Source: a virus (lineage: Duplodnaviria; Caudoviricetes). Taken from it: a stretch of DNA of 64,000 nt. How positions within the stretch are numbered: the stretch's first letter is position 1; the number at the start of each line of letters is the position of its first letter. Of this stretch, positions 1 to 9,057 are shown piece by piece. Under the pieces are notes generated by a model. It did not search any database, had not been told where the DNA came from, and saw only the letters and a list, made by a program, of their open reading frames with translations. Both the position numbers and the translations under genes were made by a program. The stretch lies in IMG/VR virus record IMGVR_UViG_3300025870_000004, positions 28,687 through 92,686 of that record; one strand, 5' to 3'.

Positions 1-746
1 TTACCAGATATGAAGATGTTCTGTTCAGATGCAATATCGATATCACCCTCAACCACATTCTGTTGATTACCCTTGACAACCTGATTATTATCTGCTAACA
101 TAACATCGGTATGCGTTCCGATAGTCTTGTTTGTCTTTGTTCCTTTGGTCGTATACTGAGAGTTCTCTGTAACAGTTGTGCGATGGTTCTGTTCAATCTG
201 TTCTACCAGATTACCCGCAACATTGACATTGAAGTTACCACCAACATCTATATTATAGTCACCCGATACCTTCATGTTCAGGTTACCGTGGTATACAAGG
301 TTACCGTTACCCTCGATGATGACAGTCTGGTCACCGCCCGTAACCTCTACCTTGTTGTTCAACGCAGAGATGACTACCGAACCATCTGCTCTCATCTCTA
401 CACCCGCACCCTTACGGTGACGCAGGAGAACTCGTTCCCCGCCTGGCGTATCGTCAAGTTCGATGACATGACCCGATGTAGTTTCCTGCACTTGGTTACA
501 AGGATATTGTGATGGTCTCTGTGGTGCAATGTTTAGAGGAACACCGAAGTCACCACCACCAACATACAGGTTGTTTACCTTTGTTCCTCGTGCCGCCTTG
601 TTGATTGACACATCATAGTTGTAGTCTCTCTTAGGTAATGCACCTGTAGGGTCTTGCATACCATCAATAGGAACACCCAGAGTCTCCTCTTGTCCTGTCC
701 CTAGATTTTCTACACGAAGTTCAAACTTATCTTTTTTTGTAGTCAT
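1..746 (-). CDS. gp5: gp5-like baseplate needle C-terminal part (beta-helix); runs off the window edge and is absent from the ORF track
   Basis: ATG at 746 overlaps the upstream TGA (ATGA). Manual translation gives MTTKKDKFELR...SQYPCNQVQETTSGHVIELDDTPGGERVLLRHRKGAGVEMRADG...VGGNFNVNVAGN, matching the gp5 YPxN..SGH..E.DDTPG.ER motif followed by VxGN-type repeats. Confidence 0.85.
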   Translation of the reverse strand, partial: MTTKKDKFELRVENLGTGQEETLGVPIDGMQDPTGALPKRDYNYDVSINKAARGTKVNNLYVGGGDFGVPLNIAPQRPSQYPCNQVQETTSGHVIELDDTPGGERVLLRHRKGAGVEMRADGSVVISALNNKVEVTGGDQTVIIEGNGNLVYHGNLNMKVSGDYNIDVGGNFNVNVAGNLVEQIEQNHRTTVTENSQYTTKGTKTNKTIGTHTDVMLADNNQVVKGNQQNVVEGDIDIASEQNIFISG

Positions 747-2485
747 GATATTTCCGAAGGTTTAAGTGGCCCTGTATTCAACGGGTTAGTTGTCTTATTT
801 GTTTTTCTGAAGATTGACTCCACATAATCAGGCACATCAAAGTATGGGTCAAGTTCTGCGACATCCACATCGTTGTGACCGAACACCTGACCGCCTGGAA
901 ACTTACGATAGAACGACTCAAGGAACTGTTCCAGTGTCGTGAACTGTGCGCGAGTGAACGAGTGTGGAGAACGAGAAGGGTTCTCCTGACCAGATGCGGC
1001 CGCTAATCCACCAACCATTACGATACCGATAGAGAAGTTGTTGTGGTCATTCACGGGTGCGTGTTCACCCTTACGGTTGACAGGTCTACCTCTTTGCAAA
1101 CTGCCATCTCTACGGATGACATAGTGAAACCCGATACCATCGTGTCCCAGTTTGTTGTGAATGTCATTTATCTCTGGTGACCCGATGTTCTTATTAGAAT
1201 AAGTCTCTGTGGCGTGAATAATAACTTCTGTCACATCTCGTCTGACTGTAGAGAACTCTGCGTCTAGTTCCTCAACCGAAGATACAAGGGTGAATACATC
1301 TTGAGATGTCTGTCTACCATTCCATTTGTTCGCGGTTGATGTCAGAGGCGTTGGTGCGTCGAATAAACTTGCATCTACTACGGTTGAACCAGATATTGTG
1401 GTGTCAAGGCTATCAAGGGATTTATCAACCGAATTGATTTCATTAATCAAACCTTGAACCTCTACATCAGGAACACCCGTCTCTTTACCCTTCTTGGTCA
1501 CATCATCTACGAGTTCTTGGGTGGATGTTGCTTTACTATCTGCCGTGAGATTCTTTGCTCTGTCCGTAACATTCTCAGACTTGTTTACGACTGTATTGAT
1601 TACTTCTGTCTTTTGTTTTGGGTCTTTGGATGATACTTTACCTAATAGTTGTTTGACTTCTTCATCACTCAAAGAGATACCACCCGCAGTGATATTTCTC
1701 AGATATGCTCTAGAGTCACCTGTGATAGACTCTGTAACATTTTGTAAAAAACCACCAAGTCCTTTATCAACCGAAACGGACACATCATTAAAGAAGTCGG
1801 ATACACCTGTCTCGAATTTATTGACTGCCGATGTCACATCATTGAAAACTTTTTTACCCAGTGCAGTGACACTACCAATGGTGGTCAGTGAATTCTTTGG
1901 TTTTGTTACCTCTGCGGTCAGTCCACCAATACCTGTTGCGTTTGACACGGCATCTTTTTCATCAGCAACGACACCACTCAGGGATGGCACTGTTGTTACT
2001 TTTTTCACAGTATCCTTGATATCCGAAAACTTTGGTGACTGAGATGTGGCAGCCGAACCACCAATACTGCCAGTAAAGGAGTCAACTTCACCTTTCGTTT
2101 TAGACGCGAGTGTCTGTGCTTTCTTAGTTGCACTTTCAACACCAGCAGGCCCACCTTGACCAATTGCAAGAATACCACTCTTCGCTGTAGTGTTTGAAGA
2201 AAATCCACTTAGAGTATTTGCGTCTTCACTAGGAGTATCAAGACCACTCACACCGATATCATCAGTTATTTTTCCGACAGATGTATCTAACACTTCGTTG
2301 GGCGTGATACTCTCTTTACCAAGACTTTTGACACCACCAAGTATTTCACCGTCTTTTTGACCAACCTTAGTCGAGAACTTAGCAAAAATTTCTTCAGATG
2401 TTTCTGTTCCTAAGTCTACAGGTTTCACTTCTCGCCTTGAGAGAGATTTAAGTTTTGATTCTAAGTCTGATTTTTTTAATGCCAT
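743..2485 (-). CDS. Baseplate-associated protein with a long Ser/Thr/Lys-rich N-terminus and a C-terminal T7-lysozyme/Amidase_2-like domain
   Basis: C-terminal VIIHAT...GIGFHYVIRRDG...GEHA...SIGIVMVGG...FGHND..DPYFDV. It lies between the two gp5 halves. Confidence 0.8.
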   Translation of the reverse strand: MALKKSDLESKLKSLSRREVKPVDLGTETSEEIFAKFSTKVGQKDGEILGGVKSLGKESITPNEVLDTSVGKITDDIGVSGLDTPSEDANTLSGFSSNTTAKSGILAIGQGGPAGVESATKKAQTLASKTKGEVDSFTGSIGGSAATSQSPKFSDIKDTVKKVTTVPSLSGVVADEKDAVSNATGIGGLTAEVTKPKNSLTTIGSVTALGKKVFNDVTSAVNKFETGVSDFFNDVSVSVDKGLGGFLQNVTESITGDSRAYLRNITAGGISLSDEEVKQLLGKVSSKDPKQKTEVINTVVNKSENVTDRAKNLTADSKATSTQELVDDVTKKGKETGVPDVEVQGLINEINSVDKSLDSLDTTISGSTVVDASLFDAPTPLTSTANKWNGRQTSQDVFTLVSSVEELDAEFSTVRRDVTEVIIHATETYSNKNIGSPEINDIHNKLGHDGIGFHYVIRRDGSLQRGRPVNRKGEHAPVNDHNNFSIGIVMVGGLAAASGQENPSRSPHSFTRAQFTTLEQFLESFYRKFPGGQVFGHNDVDVAELDPYFDVPDYVESIFRKTNKTTNPLNTGPLKPSEIS

Positions 2486-3348
2486 TATGTTATCCTCTCA
2501 ACCAACTCTCTTGCGATTCGTTCCGCACTACTGATTGTAGTTGCGTCAGGTTTCTTGAGATAGTATTTACAGAAGATACTACACGTCCCCTTATCGCCTT
2601 CAAGTTTATCGGACTGAAGAAGTCTGATGTTCGTTGCACTTTGTGTTCCTCTCAACTCATATGCAATGAATGAATTCTGTGTGAAGAAAGTTTTATATTC
2701 ATTAGAGAATGCTTTCAGGTCTGTGACTCTACTCTCCGACCAGTCTGCAAGTCCTTTGTTTTCGGTTGTGAGATTGGTCTTCATACCTGACACGAAAGAT
2801 AGAGACGCGACAATACCGATTGATTGTTTGATGGTATACCCCAGATTTAAGAAGAACTGAACCGAAACCTTCTCACGATTTCTCTTCACAGACCTACCAA
2901 TTGCACCCACTGTTTCATTCTTGATATCTATCTCCGATGGTTTATTCGCATTGAACACCTTCGTAAAGAAATCTTCGGGCATCTCTTCGGTCAACCCACT
3001 CTCAGGAATACCTAACTGAACCTGTGTTGGAAGTTCGATATGAGGTATCGACCCCAGAATGATTGGTGTCTGAGAATGAATACCATCCATGAAGAACCCA
3101 AACACCAATGCGTTTGGTAACAGGTGAGGCATTCTACCGATACCTGATACACCACCCTCTGTGGTCGGCAATACACACTGCGCCCACGGAAGGTCGTGTT
3201 GTGGAATATCTTTGGTGGACTCAGAATGCAGACCGTGAATACGAATCTTGAAACGACCCTCGTATCCAGCAGGAGCTATATTGTCTATAACAGTTGCAAC
3301 GAACCATCTGGTATTGTCACCGTAGTATTCTGATAGAATCGGGTTCAT
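2485..3348 (-). CDS. gp5: gp5 N-terminal OB-fold domain fused to a degenerate phage tail lysozyme-like domain
   Basis: WFVATV..GRFKIRIHGLH..DLPWA..VFGFFMDG..QTPIILGS is the gp5 OB motif. The C-terminal FFLNLGY..QSIGIVASL..GLADW..R..L..F..Q..FIAYEL resembles Phage_lysozyme2. Confidence 0.85.
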   Translation of the reverse strand: MNPILSEYYGDNTRWFVATVIDNIAPAGYEGRFKIRIHGLHSESTKDIPQHDLPWAQCVLPTTEGGVSGIGRMPHLLPNALVFGFFMDGIHSQTPIILGSIPHIELPTQVQLGIPESGLTEEMPEDFFTKVFNANKPSEIDIKNETVGAIGRSVKRNREKVSVQFFLNLGYTIKQSIGIVASLSFVSGMKTNLTTENKGLADWSESRVTDLKAFSNEYKTFFTQNSFIAYELRGTQSATNIRLLQSDKLEGDKGTCSIFCKYYLKKPDATTISSAERIARELVERIT

Positions 3349-4682
3349 GCCTGTCTCTCCAGTTTACAAATATTCATAGAGACATTGTGTGTGGTATCAG
3401 AGAAGACATGTCTTGTTTCATAAACAAGGAAATCACCAGATTTGCCTTTGTCGAGCATTGTGTCTGAGGTAGATTTCTTGTTTACATTTGTGTTATCGTT
3501 TATTACATTCAGTTTGATTATATCTCCAACCCCAGCCTTTGATACAATCAGACCTACGCCTGGCACAACAACATTGAATAGGTTTTTATATAGGTGTGCT
3601 TTGATTGCATTGGTCTCAATCTTCTTCTTGAACCGAACCTCATCGTGTTCGTCGTGGTAACTCTTGTGTCTTTCGTATGTGCCTCTGGATGTAATCGTGT
3701 GAAAGTTCATAGAGTTATAATCATCAATGTGTTGTTCTCCAATTTTAAACTCATCATCAAAGACATTCTGATTTTTACCAATCACACTGTTCTTTTGTAG
3801 ACCTTCAAGGGTCTTGCGAATGGTATGTCGTTGCGAGAAGATTTGTCCTGTATTTAGATTTGTATTAGAATACTGAGAACCGACCAATCCTTGTTCAATA
3901 ATCTTGAGAGTGTTGGACATCTTGGTTGTCTTCATACCCGATACAATAAATGATTTCTTATCTTCTCCACCCTGTTCTGCAAGAGCAACGTTTGCAGGAT
4001 TGTAGATATATGGTAACTTGGCGTTGAATGCGTCCTGAGATAACATTGCGTCTAGATTACCAAACCTGATATTGTCATCATGCATTGACCCGTAGATAAA
4101 GAATGGTGACCCTGTGATGGTTGAAGCCCTTTTAGTCAACCATAGTGCTGCATCAATTGGATTTAGATTAGGAATGATACCTTTCATACTGGTCTGAATT
4201 GGTTTAGACTCACCCAGATAAGAGATGTCAATATTCTTTTTCATCTCTGACCCGATGAGTTTCACGATAATGTCATCGATGTTACCACTAAATGACTTAC
4301 TAATTCTCTTGGAACGAGCCAAGAATGCGTGTTCATCCATCAGTGTAATGTTGAGAATACTCGCCTTACCTTGTTCGGACTTGACTGACCGTTCAATACC
4401 TGTCATAATGAAACTACGTTCAAACACAGGTTGAAGGTCATTGGTAACAGACGCAATGTTTACCTTAAATCTTTCCGTTCCGTTGAAGTTGATTATATCA
4501 AATAAAGCGTTATCATCTAAGACAATCAACTGACCCGTCAGGTATGGTTTGTCAAGACTTTCAAAGATATTCAACTCAACAATAGAGGTGCGAACATCAA
4601 AGTCTTGTTCCAGCAATCGGTCTGCCGATATGACCGCCTCAGTAATCTTGAACTGTTGCGATTGTTTTTGATTAGATGCCAT
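3345..4682 (-). CDS. Probable baseplate hub protein (gp27-like)
   Basis: ELNIFESLDKPYLTG N-terminus, size, and position between gp53 and gp5. Confidence 0.55.
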   Translation of the reverse strand: MASNQKQSQQFKITEAVISADRLLEQDFDVRTSIVELNIFESLDKPYLTGQLIVLDDNALFDIINFNGTERFKVNIASVTNDLQPVFERSFIMTGIERSVKSEQGKASILNITLMDEHAFLARSKRISKSFSGNIDDIIVKLIGSEMKKNIDISYLGESKPIQTSMKGIIPNLNPIDAALWLTKRASTITGSPFFIYGSMHDDNIRFGNLDAMLSQDAFNAKLPYIYNPANVALAEQGGEDKKSFIVSGMKTTKMSNTLKIIEQGLVGSQYSNTNLNTGQIFSQRHTIRKTLEGLQKNSVIGKNQNVFDDEFKIGEQHIDDYNSMNFHTITSRGTYERHKSYHDEHDEVRFKKKIETNAIKAHLYKNLFNVVVPGVGLIVSKAGVGDIIKLNVINDNTNVNKKSTSDTMLDKGKSGDFLVYETRHVFSDTTHNVSMNICKLERQA

Positions 4683-5419
4683 TACGACTCTCTATGAAAT
4701 TTCGCGAACTCGCCCGCAACTTGATTTACAACATCGGATTTGAGAACAATAATCTCTTTGAGTTCATCATTCTTTTGTTCTAATCTATCTCTATACGTCA
4801 CTGGTATCCAACTTGCCGATGGACTACCAAAGTCATATATTGTCAGGTCTTGATGCACACCATCGGCATCTTCGTAGTGATGAATAGCATTGTATTGTTC
4901 AGACTCCGCAATGGCAGTCAGTGATTGTATATTTCCGTCTACATCAGTATATCGAATCAACTCAGTGTTGAAATTTGACCCACCATCAGTTTCTATAACA
5001 AGTTGACCCATGTCAGTAATTCTACGAATAACCGTTCCTGTCGTAGTGCTACTAACACCCGTCACTCTTTGACCGACAGGAAAGATACCTGTCAGGTTTG
5101 TGTTGGTTGTCACAACACGATAAGGATATTTTGATTTTGCGATACTCAGCATGTTGTAACTATCAACAGGCCAACCACTCTCACGAATGTGATTGTTCAT
5201 CATATAGAATGTCCAGTAGTAATCTGGAGTGCCATACAGTTTGTAAGATAGTGTGTCTGGTCTCTCGCCTGCACTGATAGTATACTTGTTGTAAAAAGCA
5301 ACATTCTCTTTTACTTGGTCAATTACATCGACATATGCAGTGAGATTATTAAAAAGGACTGGACTCTCGTTATCACCAAAACGATATGATACGATTCCAA
5401 AGTTGTCGAAATATGCCAT
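4682..5419 (-). CDS. gp53: Baseplate wedge protein gp53
   Basis: MAYF..F...Y and GERPDTLSYKLYGTPDYYWTF..NN....WP, typical of gp53. Confidence 0.9.
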   Translation of the reverse strand: MAYFDNFGIVSYRFGDNESPVLFNNLTAYVDVIDQVKENVAFYNKYTISAGERPDTLSYKLYGTPDYYWTFYMMNNHIRESGWPVDSYNMLSIAKSKYPYRVVTTNTNLTGIFPVGQRVTGVSSTTTGTVIRRITDMGQLVIETDGGSNFNTELIRYTDVDGNIQSLTAIAESEQYNAIHHYEDADGVHQDLTIYDFGSPSASWIPVTYRDRLEQKNDELKEIIVLKSDVVNQVAGEFAKFHRES

Positions 5420-6294
5420 TAGAATCCTGCCTCAATTTGTTTTCTGTCTAGTGTTCTAGATTCGGTAAATGATACACTCATGTCAATCTCACTAAAGTTT
5501 CCGTCATCATGCATTGCCATCGTTGATGGGTTGTATGTAATACTCACATCTCTGAGGAAACAAGGGAGAATTTTGTTTGTAACTTCTTTACCGTTATATT
5601 CAATTTGAATTTTAAATCTGTTTGGAAATCTATACCCCAGAGAAATACCAGCGTCAGAAATATCTTCGGGATAAAGTTCTTCTCTGAATAGTTGGATAAT
5701 ATTCTTGACCTCTTCTGCTTCTTTTGCAGAACAGGGTAAAAATTTGAATGTAAATGCAAACTCTCTTAGTGCAACACTCTTAAACAAGGCGCGACTGTTG
5801 GGATTTGTGGTAACTCGTGCTGCAGCCCTAGCAACATTACCTACTTCTTGATTTTTTTGTGCAAGACGAACAATAGCAAGACTCGCTTGTCGTTGAGCAT
5901 CAGCACCCTTCAGTCCTTCTGCACTAGAACCAGCACCAGCAAGAAAACCAGCAACACTTCCAGATAACAGGTCAGTATTTTCGTAAGCGACATTATCACG
6001 GAACTGAAGACCAACAGGAAGATAAAGAGAAACTCTACGAGTAGGTGCTTTTGGTGGTGTGCCTCTTAATGCTTGATTGACACCACCTTTGAATTGTTGT
6101 ATTAGATTAGTGCCAGGCACGTCACCTCCGACAACATCTTTTATGGCATCTTTTGCAGCTTTTGTCTTAGACTGAGCAGTTTGGGCAAGTTCACCCAAAT
6201 TTGGTTGTTCTTCCTCAAGAACTGAAAAAACAATCCGACCACCATAGTCAGAAGTATCTTCAATGGGATATTCTAAATCGTCTTTTAATGCCAT
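5419..6294 (-). CDS. gp48: Baseplate tail-tube cap gp48
   Basis: L.YP N-terminus; LYLP; NPN..ALFKSV.LREFAFTFKFLP.S.KEA; CFLRDVSITYNP. Probable start MALKDD. Confidence 0.85.
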   Translation of the reverse strand: MALKDDLEYPIEDTSDYGGRIVFSVLEEEQPNLGELAQTAQSKTKAAKDAIKDVVGGDVPGTNLIQQFKGGVNQALRGTPPKAPTRRVSLYLPVGLQFRDNVAYENTDLLSGSVAGFLAGAGSSAEGLKGADAQRQASLAIVRLAQKNQEVGNVARAAARVTTNPNSRALFKSVALREFAFTFKFLPCSAKEAEEVKNIIQLFREELYPEDISDAGISLGYRFPNRFKIQIEYNGKEVTNKILPCFLRDVSITYNPSTMAMHDDGNFSEIDMSVSFTESRTLDRKQIEAGF

Positions 6295-6304
6295 TTGTAA
6301 ATCC

Positions 6305-6312
6305 ACTAAATA
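6305..6312 (+). promoter_or_regulatory. T4-type late promoter variant (ACTAAATA) for gp4
   Basis: ACTAAATA 30 nt upstream of the gp4 ATG. Confidence 0.5.
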
Positions 6313-6327
6313 AAAATAATTCGATAC

Positions 6328-6335
6328 TATTTATA
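6328..6335 (-). promoter_or_regulatory. T4-type late promoter TATAAATA for the gp48-gp53-gp5 operon
   Basis: Exact TATAAATA on the minus strand upstream of gp48. Confidence 0.8.
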
Positions 6336-6342
6336 AGGTTTT

Positions 6343-6819
6343 ATGGCATATTCTGGACGATATAAACCGAAAAATCCAAAGAAGTATAAGGGTGACTACA
6401 CAAAGGTCATCTATCGTTCTTTGTGGGAGAAACACGCCTTCAAGTGGTGTGATAACAACTCAAATGTGATTGAGTGGTCAAGTGAGGAAGTGGTCATACC
6501 ATATCTATATGAGGTTGACCATAAGTATCATCGTTACTTCATGGATTTGAAAATTAAATTCAAAGATGGTAGAGTCTTTCTAATTGAGATAAAACCAGAT
6601 GCACAGACACGACCACCGACAGGTCAACGCAGGACGAAACGATATATCACCGAAAGTCTGACTTATGTTAAGAATATGAATAAGTGGAAGGCAGCCAGTG
6701 AGTATGCAAAAGACCGTGGTTGGAGTTTTGCTATATGGACAGAGAAGACCGAACCATTGAAATCAATGATACCGAAATCAACAAAACAACTAAAACCTTT
6801 CAAAAGACGTAAGAAATAA
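6343..6819 (+). CDS. gp4: Head completion nuclease gp4 (TnsA-like)
   Basis: MAYSGRYKPKNPKKYKGD...YRSLWE...WSSEE...HRYFMD...IEIKP. Confidence 0.95.
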   Translation: MAYSGRYKPKNPKKYKGDYTKVIYRSLWEKHAFKWCDNNSNVIEWSSEEVVIPYLYEVDHKYHRYFMDLKIKFKDGRVFLIEIKPDAQTRPPTGQRRTKRYITESLTYVKNMNKWKAASEYAKDRGWSFAIWTEKTEPLKSMIPKSTKQLKPFKRRKK

Positions 6820-6820
6820 G

Positions 6821-6828
6821 TATAAATA
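6821..6828 (+). promoter_or_regulatory. T4-type late promoter TATAAATA for the gp2-gp54-gp26-gp51-tape measure operon
   Basis: Exact TATAAATA 5 nt before the gp2 ATG, implying a nearly leaderless mRNA. Confidence 0.8.
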
Positions 6829-6833
6829 CTGGC

Positions 6834-7418
6834 ATGAGTAACTTATTCCAAAGACTGGAACTGCAAGCATTCCGTGCTGGTATTACACCACGCACAAAGG
6901 AATCGCGTGAATGGTTTCGTAAGAAAGCAAAGAACCTTCGTTCTGTCAACCGTGAAGCGTTGATGCAAGAGAAGGAACTGAATCGTGGTGGTAAACAAAT
7001 CATTGGTTCGATGCAGATGTTCTTCTATGACCCGAAGACCAAAGACACCCTTCCATACTATGATGCGTTTCCTCTGGTGATTGTGGTTGGCCCTGCGGAA
7101 GGTGGGTTCTATGGATTGAACCTTCACTATCTTCCACCACTTCTTCGTGCGAAGTTCCTTGACTCTCTTCTGGATATCCAGTCCAGTAAGACAAGTGATG
7201 ATTCCAAGTTCAATATCACCTATAAGAGATTGCAGGCTGCAAGTAAGTTCAAGTATTTCAAACCATGTTTCAAACACTATCTGAATGACCATGTGAAGAG
7301 TAAGTTCGCAGAAGTCCAAGCACCAGAGTGGGAAATCGCAACCTTCCTACCAACCGCAGACTTCCGCAAGAGAAACTCTTCCAAAGTGTTCTCAGATTCA
7401 AGACGGATGATAGGATAA
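6834..7418 (+). CDS. gp2: DNA end protector protein gp2
   Basis: FFYDPKTKDTLPYYDAFPL...GLNLHYLPP..R...PCFKHYL..HV. Confidence 0.95.
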   Translation: MSNLFQRLELQAFRAGITPRTKESREWFRKKAKNLRSVNREALMQEKELNRGGKQIIGSMQMFFYDPKTKDTLPYYDAFPLVIVVGPAEGGFYGLNLHYLPPLLRAKFLDSLLDIQSSKTSDDSKFNITYKRLQAASKFKYFKPCFKHYLNDHVKSKFAEVQAPEWEIATFLPTADFRKRNSSKVFSDSRRMIG

Positions 7419-8140
7419 TGGTATTTCGCGTAGACGATTTTAGAGCGCAAGTAAGCAGAGGTGGTGGGTTCGCATCACAGAACATGTTCCGTGTTCAACT
7501 GCCTCGTATTCAGGGTGCGCCTCTGGGTGGTAACGACCCAAGAGAATTAGACATGTTGTGTCGTGTAACTAGTTTGCCAGGCCGTCAGGTTTTGTCAACG
7601 GACAAACAGATTGGAACAGTTCTAACCAAAGTTGCAAACGGATATGCAGTCACAGACCTAAACATGACATTCTATTGTATGAACGACTATGGCATTCGTA
7701 AATACTTTGAGACATGGCAAAACCTCGCACACAATCAACAAACAAAAACGATTGGGTATTTCAAAGAATATACCAAACCAGTTGTCATTCAACAACTGAA
7801 GAAGGGTGTGTCATTCCCAATCAAAAAGAAGAAAGTTTTTGATACTGGTAGAATTCCTAGTGGTATTCGTAATCGTCTCCCTCGTATTGGGCCACTTGAC
7901 CTTGCACAGGGTGAGATTGATTTGAACGGTATCTTTGGTGACCAGATTGCATACAGTTGTGTTCTTGAGAATGCATACCCAACAACACTGAATGAAATTG
8001 CACTAAATAATGAAACACAAGAAGTTGTGGAAGTGTCAGTCCAATTGTCTTACAAGGACTGGCGTTCCGAACAAGGAGACATCTCCAGTGGTCTGGTTGA
8101 AGGTCTCGCAGGCGAATTGATTCGTAGAGTATTAAGGTAA
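7418..8140 (+). CDS. gp54: Baseplate tail-tube initiator, gp54/gp19-like
   Basis: Start MVFRVDDF overlaps the gp2 stop (TAATG); C....LPG, MTFY....Y.IRKYFETW, LENAYPT. Confidence 0.75.
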   Translation: MVFRVDDFRAQVSRGGGFASQNMFRVQLPRIQGAPLGGNDPRELDMLCRVTSLPGRQVLSTDKQIGTVLTKVANGYAVTDLNMTFYCMNDYGIRKYFETWQNLAHNQQTKTIGYFKEYTKPVVIQQLKKGVSFPIKKKKVFDTGRIPSGIRNRLPRIGPLDLAQGEIDLNGIFGDQIAYSCVLENAYPTTLNEIALNNETQEVVEVSVQLSYKDWRSEQGDISSGLVEGLAGELIRRVLR

Positions 8141-8155
8141 TTATGGAGTTAAATT

Positions 8156-8863
8156 ATGGCACTACCTAAGTTAAATGAGTCGATAAAATATGAGATGGAG
8201 ATTCCTTCATCAAAAAATATTGTAACATATCGACCGTATCTTGTCAAAGAAGAGAAAATTCTTCTCATGGCATTTGAGTCACAAGACCAAAAACAAGCAA
8301 TGAGAGCAATGGTTGACACAATTGTTGCTTGTGTGTTTGAAGATATTACACCATCACAACTTACGACATTTGATGTTGAATATATGTTCACACAAATCCG
8401 TTCTAAGTCTGTCGGTGAAACATCTACAGTAAACGTAAAGTGTCAAGCAATTGATTGTGAAGAGACCGAAGAGGTTGAAGTCAATCTATCTGAACTAAAA
8501 GTTGAAGGTGAGGATGTTAGTAATGTTATTGAACTGACACCAACAGTTTCAATTGAAATGCGATACCCTTCATACAATACCTTTGTTGATAACTGGAGAG
8601 AAGATATCAATGAGAGTGAGTTTGGGTTCGTCATGATGGAAGATTGTATTTCAGCAATTCTGACCGAAGACGAAAGATATAACGCATCTGATGTTTCGAG
8701 GAAAGAAATGTCTGAGTTTATTGACTCGATGACAAACTCACAATTTCAAAAGGTGGGTGAGTATCTAAGAACAATCCCATCTATGAAAAAAGATGTTGAG
8801 TTTACATGTAAGTGTGGACACGAGAATAAAGTAACACTGGAGGGCCTTCAAGATTTTTTTTAG
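8156..8863 (+). CDS. gp26: Baseplate hub assembly protein gp26
   Basis: MALPKL...YRPYLVKEEKILLMA...FDVEYMF.QIRSKSVGE...LEGLQDFF. Confidence 0.9.
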   Translation: MALPKLNESIKYEMEIPSSKNIVTYRPYLVKEEKILLMAFESQDQKQAMRAMVDTIVACVFEDITPSQLTTFDVEYMFTQIRSKSVGETSTVNVKCQAIDCEETEEVEVNLSELKVEGEDVSNVIELTPTVSIEMRYPSYNTFVDNWREDINESEFGFVMMEDCISAILTEDERYNASDVSRKEMSEFIDSMTNSQFQKVGEYLRTIPSMKKDVEFTCKCGHENKVTLEGLQDFF

Positions 8864-9057
8864 TATGCCTCTCGCATGACAATTTGATAAACCATTTTGA
8901 AACTAACTTTGCATTAATGCAACATTTCAAATACTCATTATCAGATTTAGAATTCATGTTACCGTGGGAGAGAGAGGTTTACTTGTCAATGTTAAAAGAA
9001 CATCTGAAGGAAGAAGAAGAACGACTGCGTAAACAAGAACAACAAATGAGAATGTAA
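8860..9057 (+). CDS. gp51: gp51-like baseplate hub assembly catalyst in the -1 frame of gp26; absent from the ORF track
   Basis: Open frame LVCLSHDNLINHFETNFALMQHFKYSLSDLEFMLPWEREVYLSMLKEHLKEE...M*. The first ATG is at 8917, and the stop overlaps the next ATG (TAATG). Confidence 0.8.
   Translation, partial: LVCLSHDNLINHFETNFALMQHFKYSLSDLEFMLPWEREVYLSMLKEHLKEEEERLRKQEQQMRM

Noticed and set aside
111-512. Plus-strand 133-aa ORF, and the many other antisense ORFs in the track (for example 1494..2042, 9197..9787, 47737..48384, 51140..51898)
   Set aside because: They are shadows of well-supported genes on the opposite strand and have no recognisable motifs or ribosome-binding sites.
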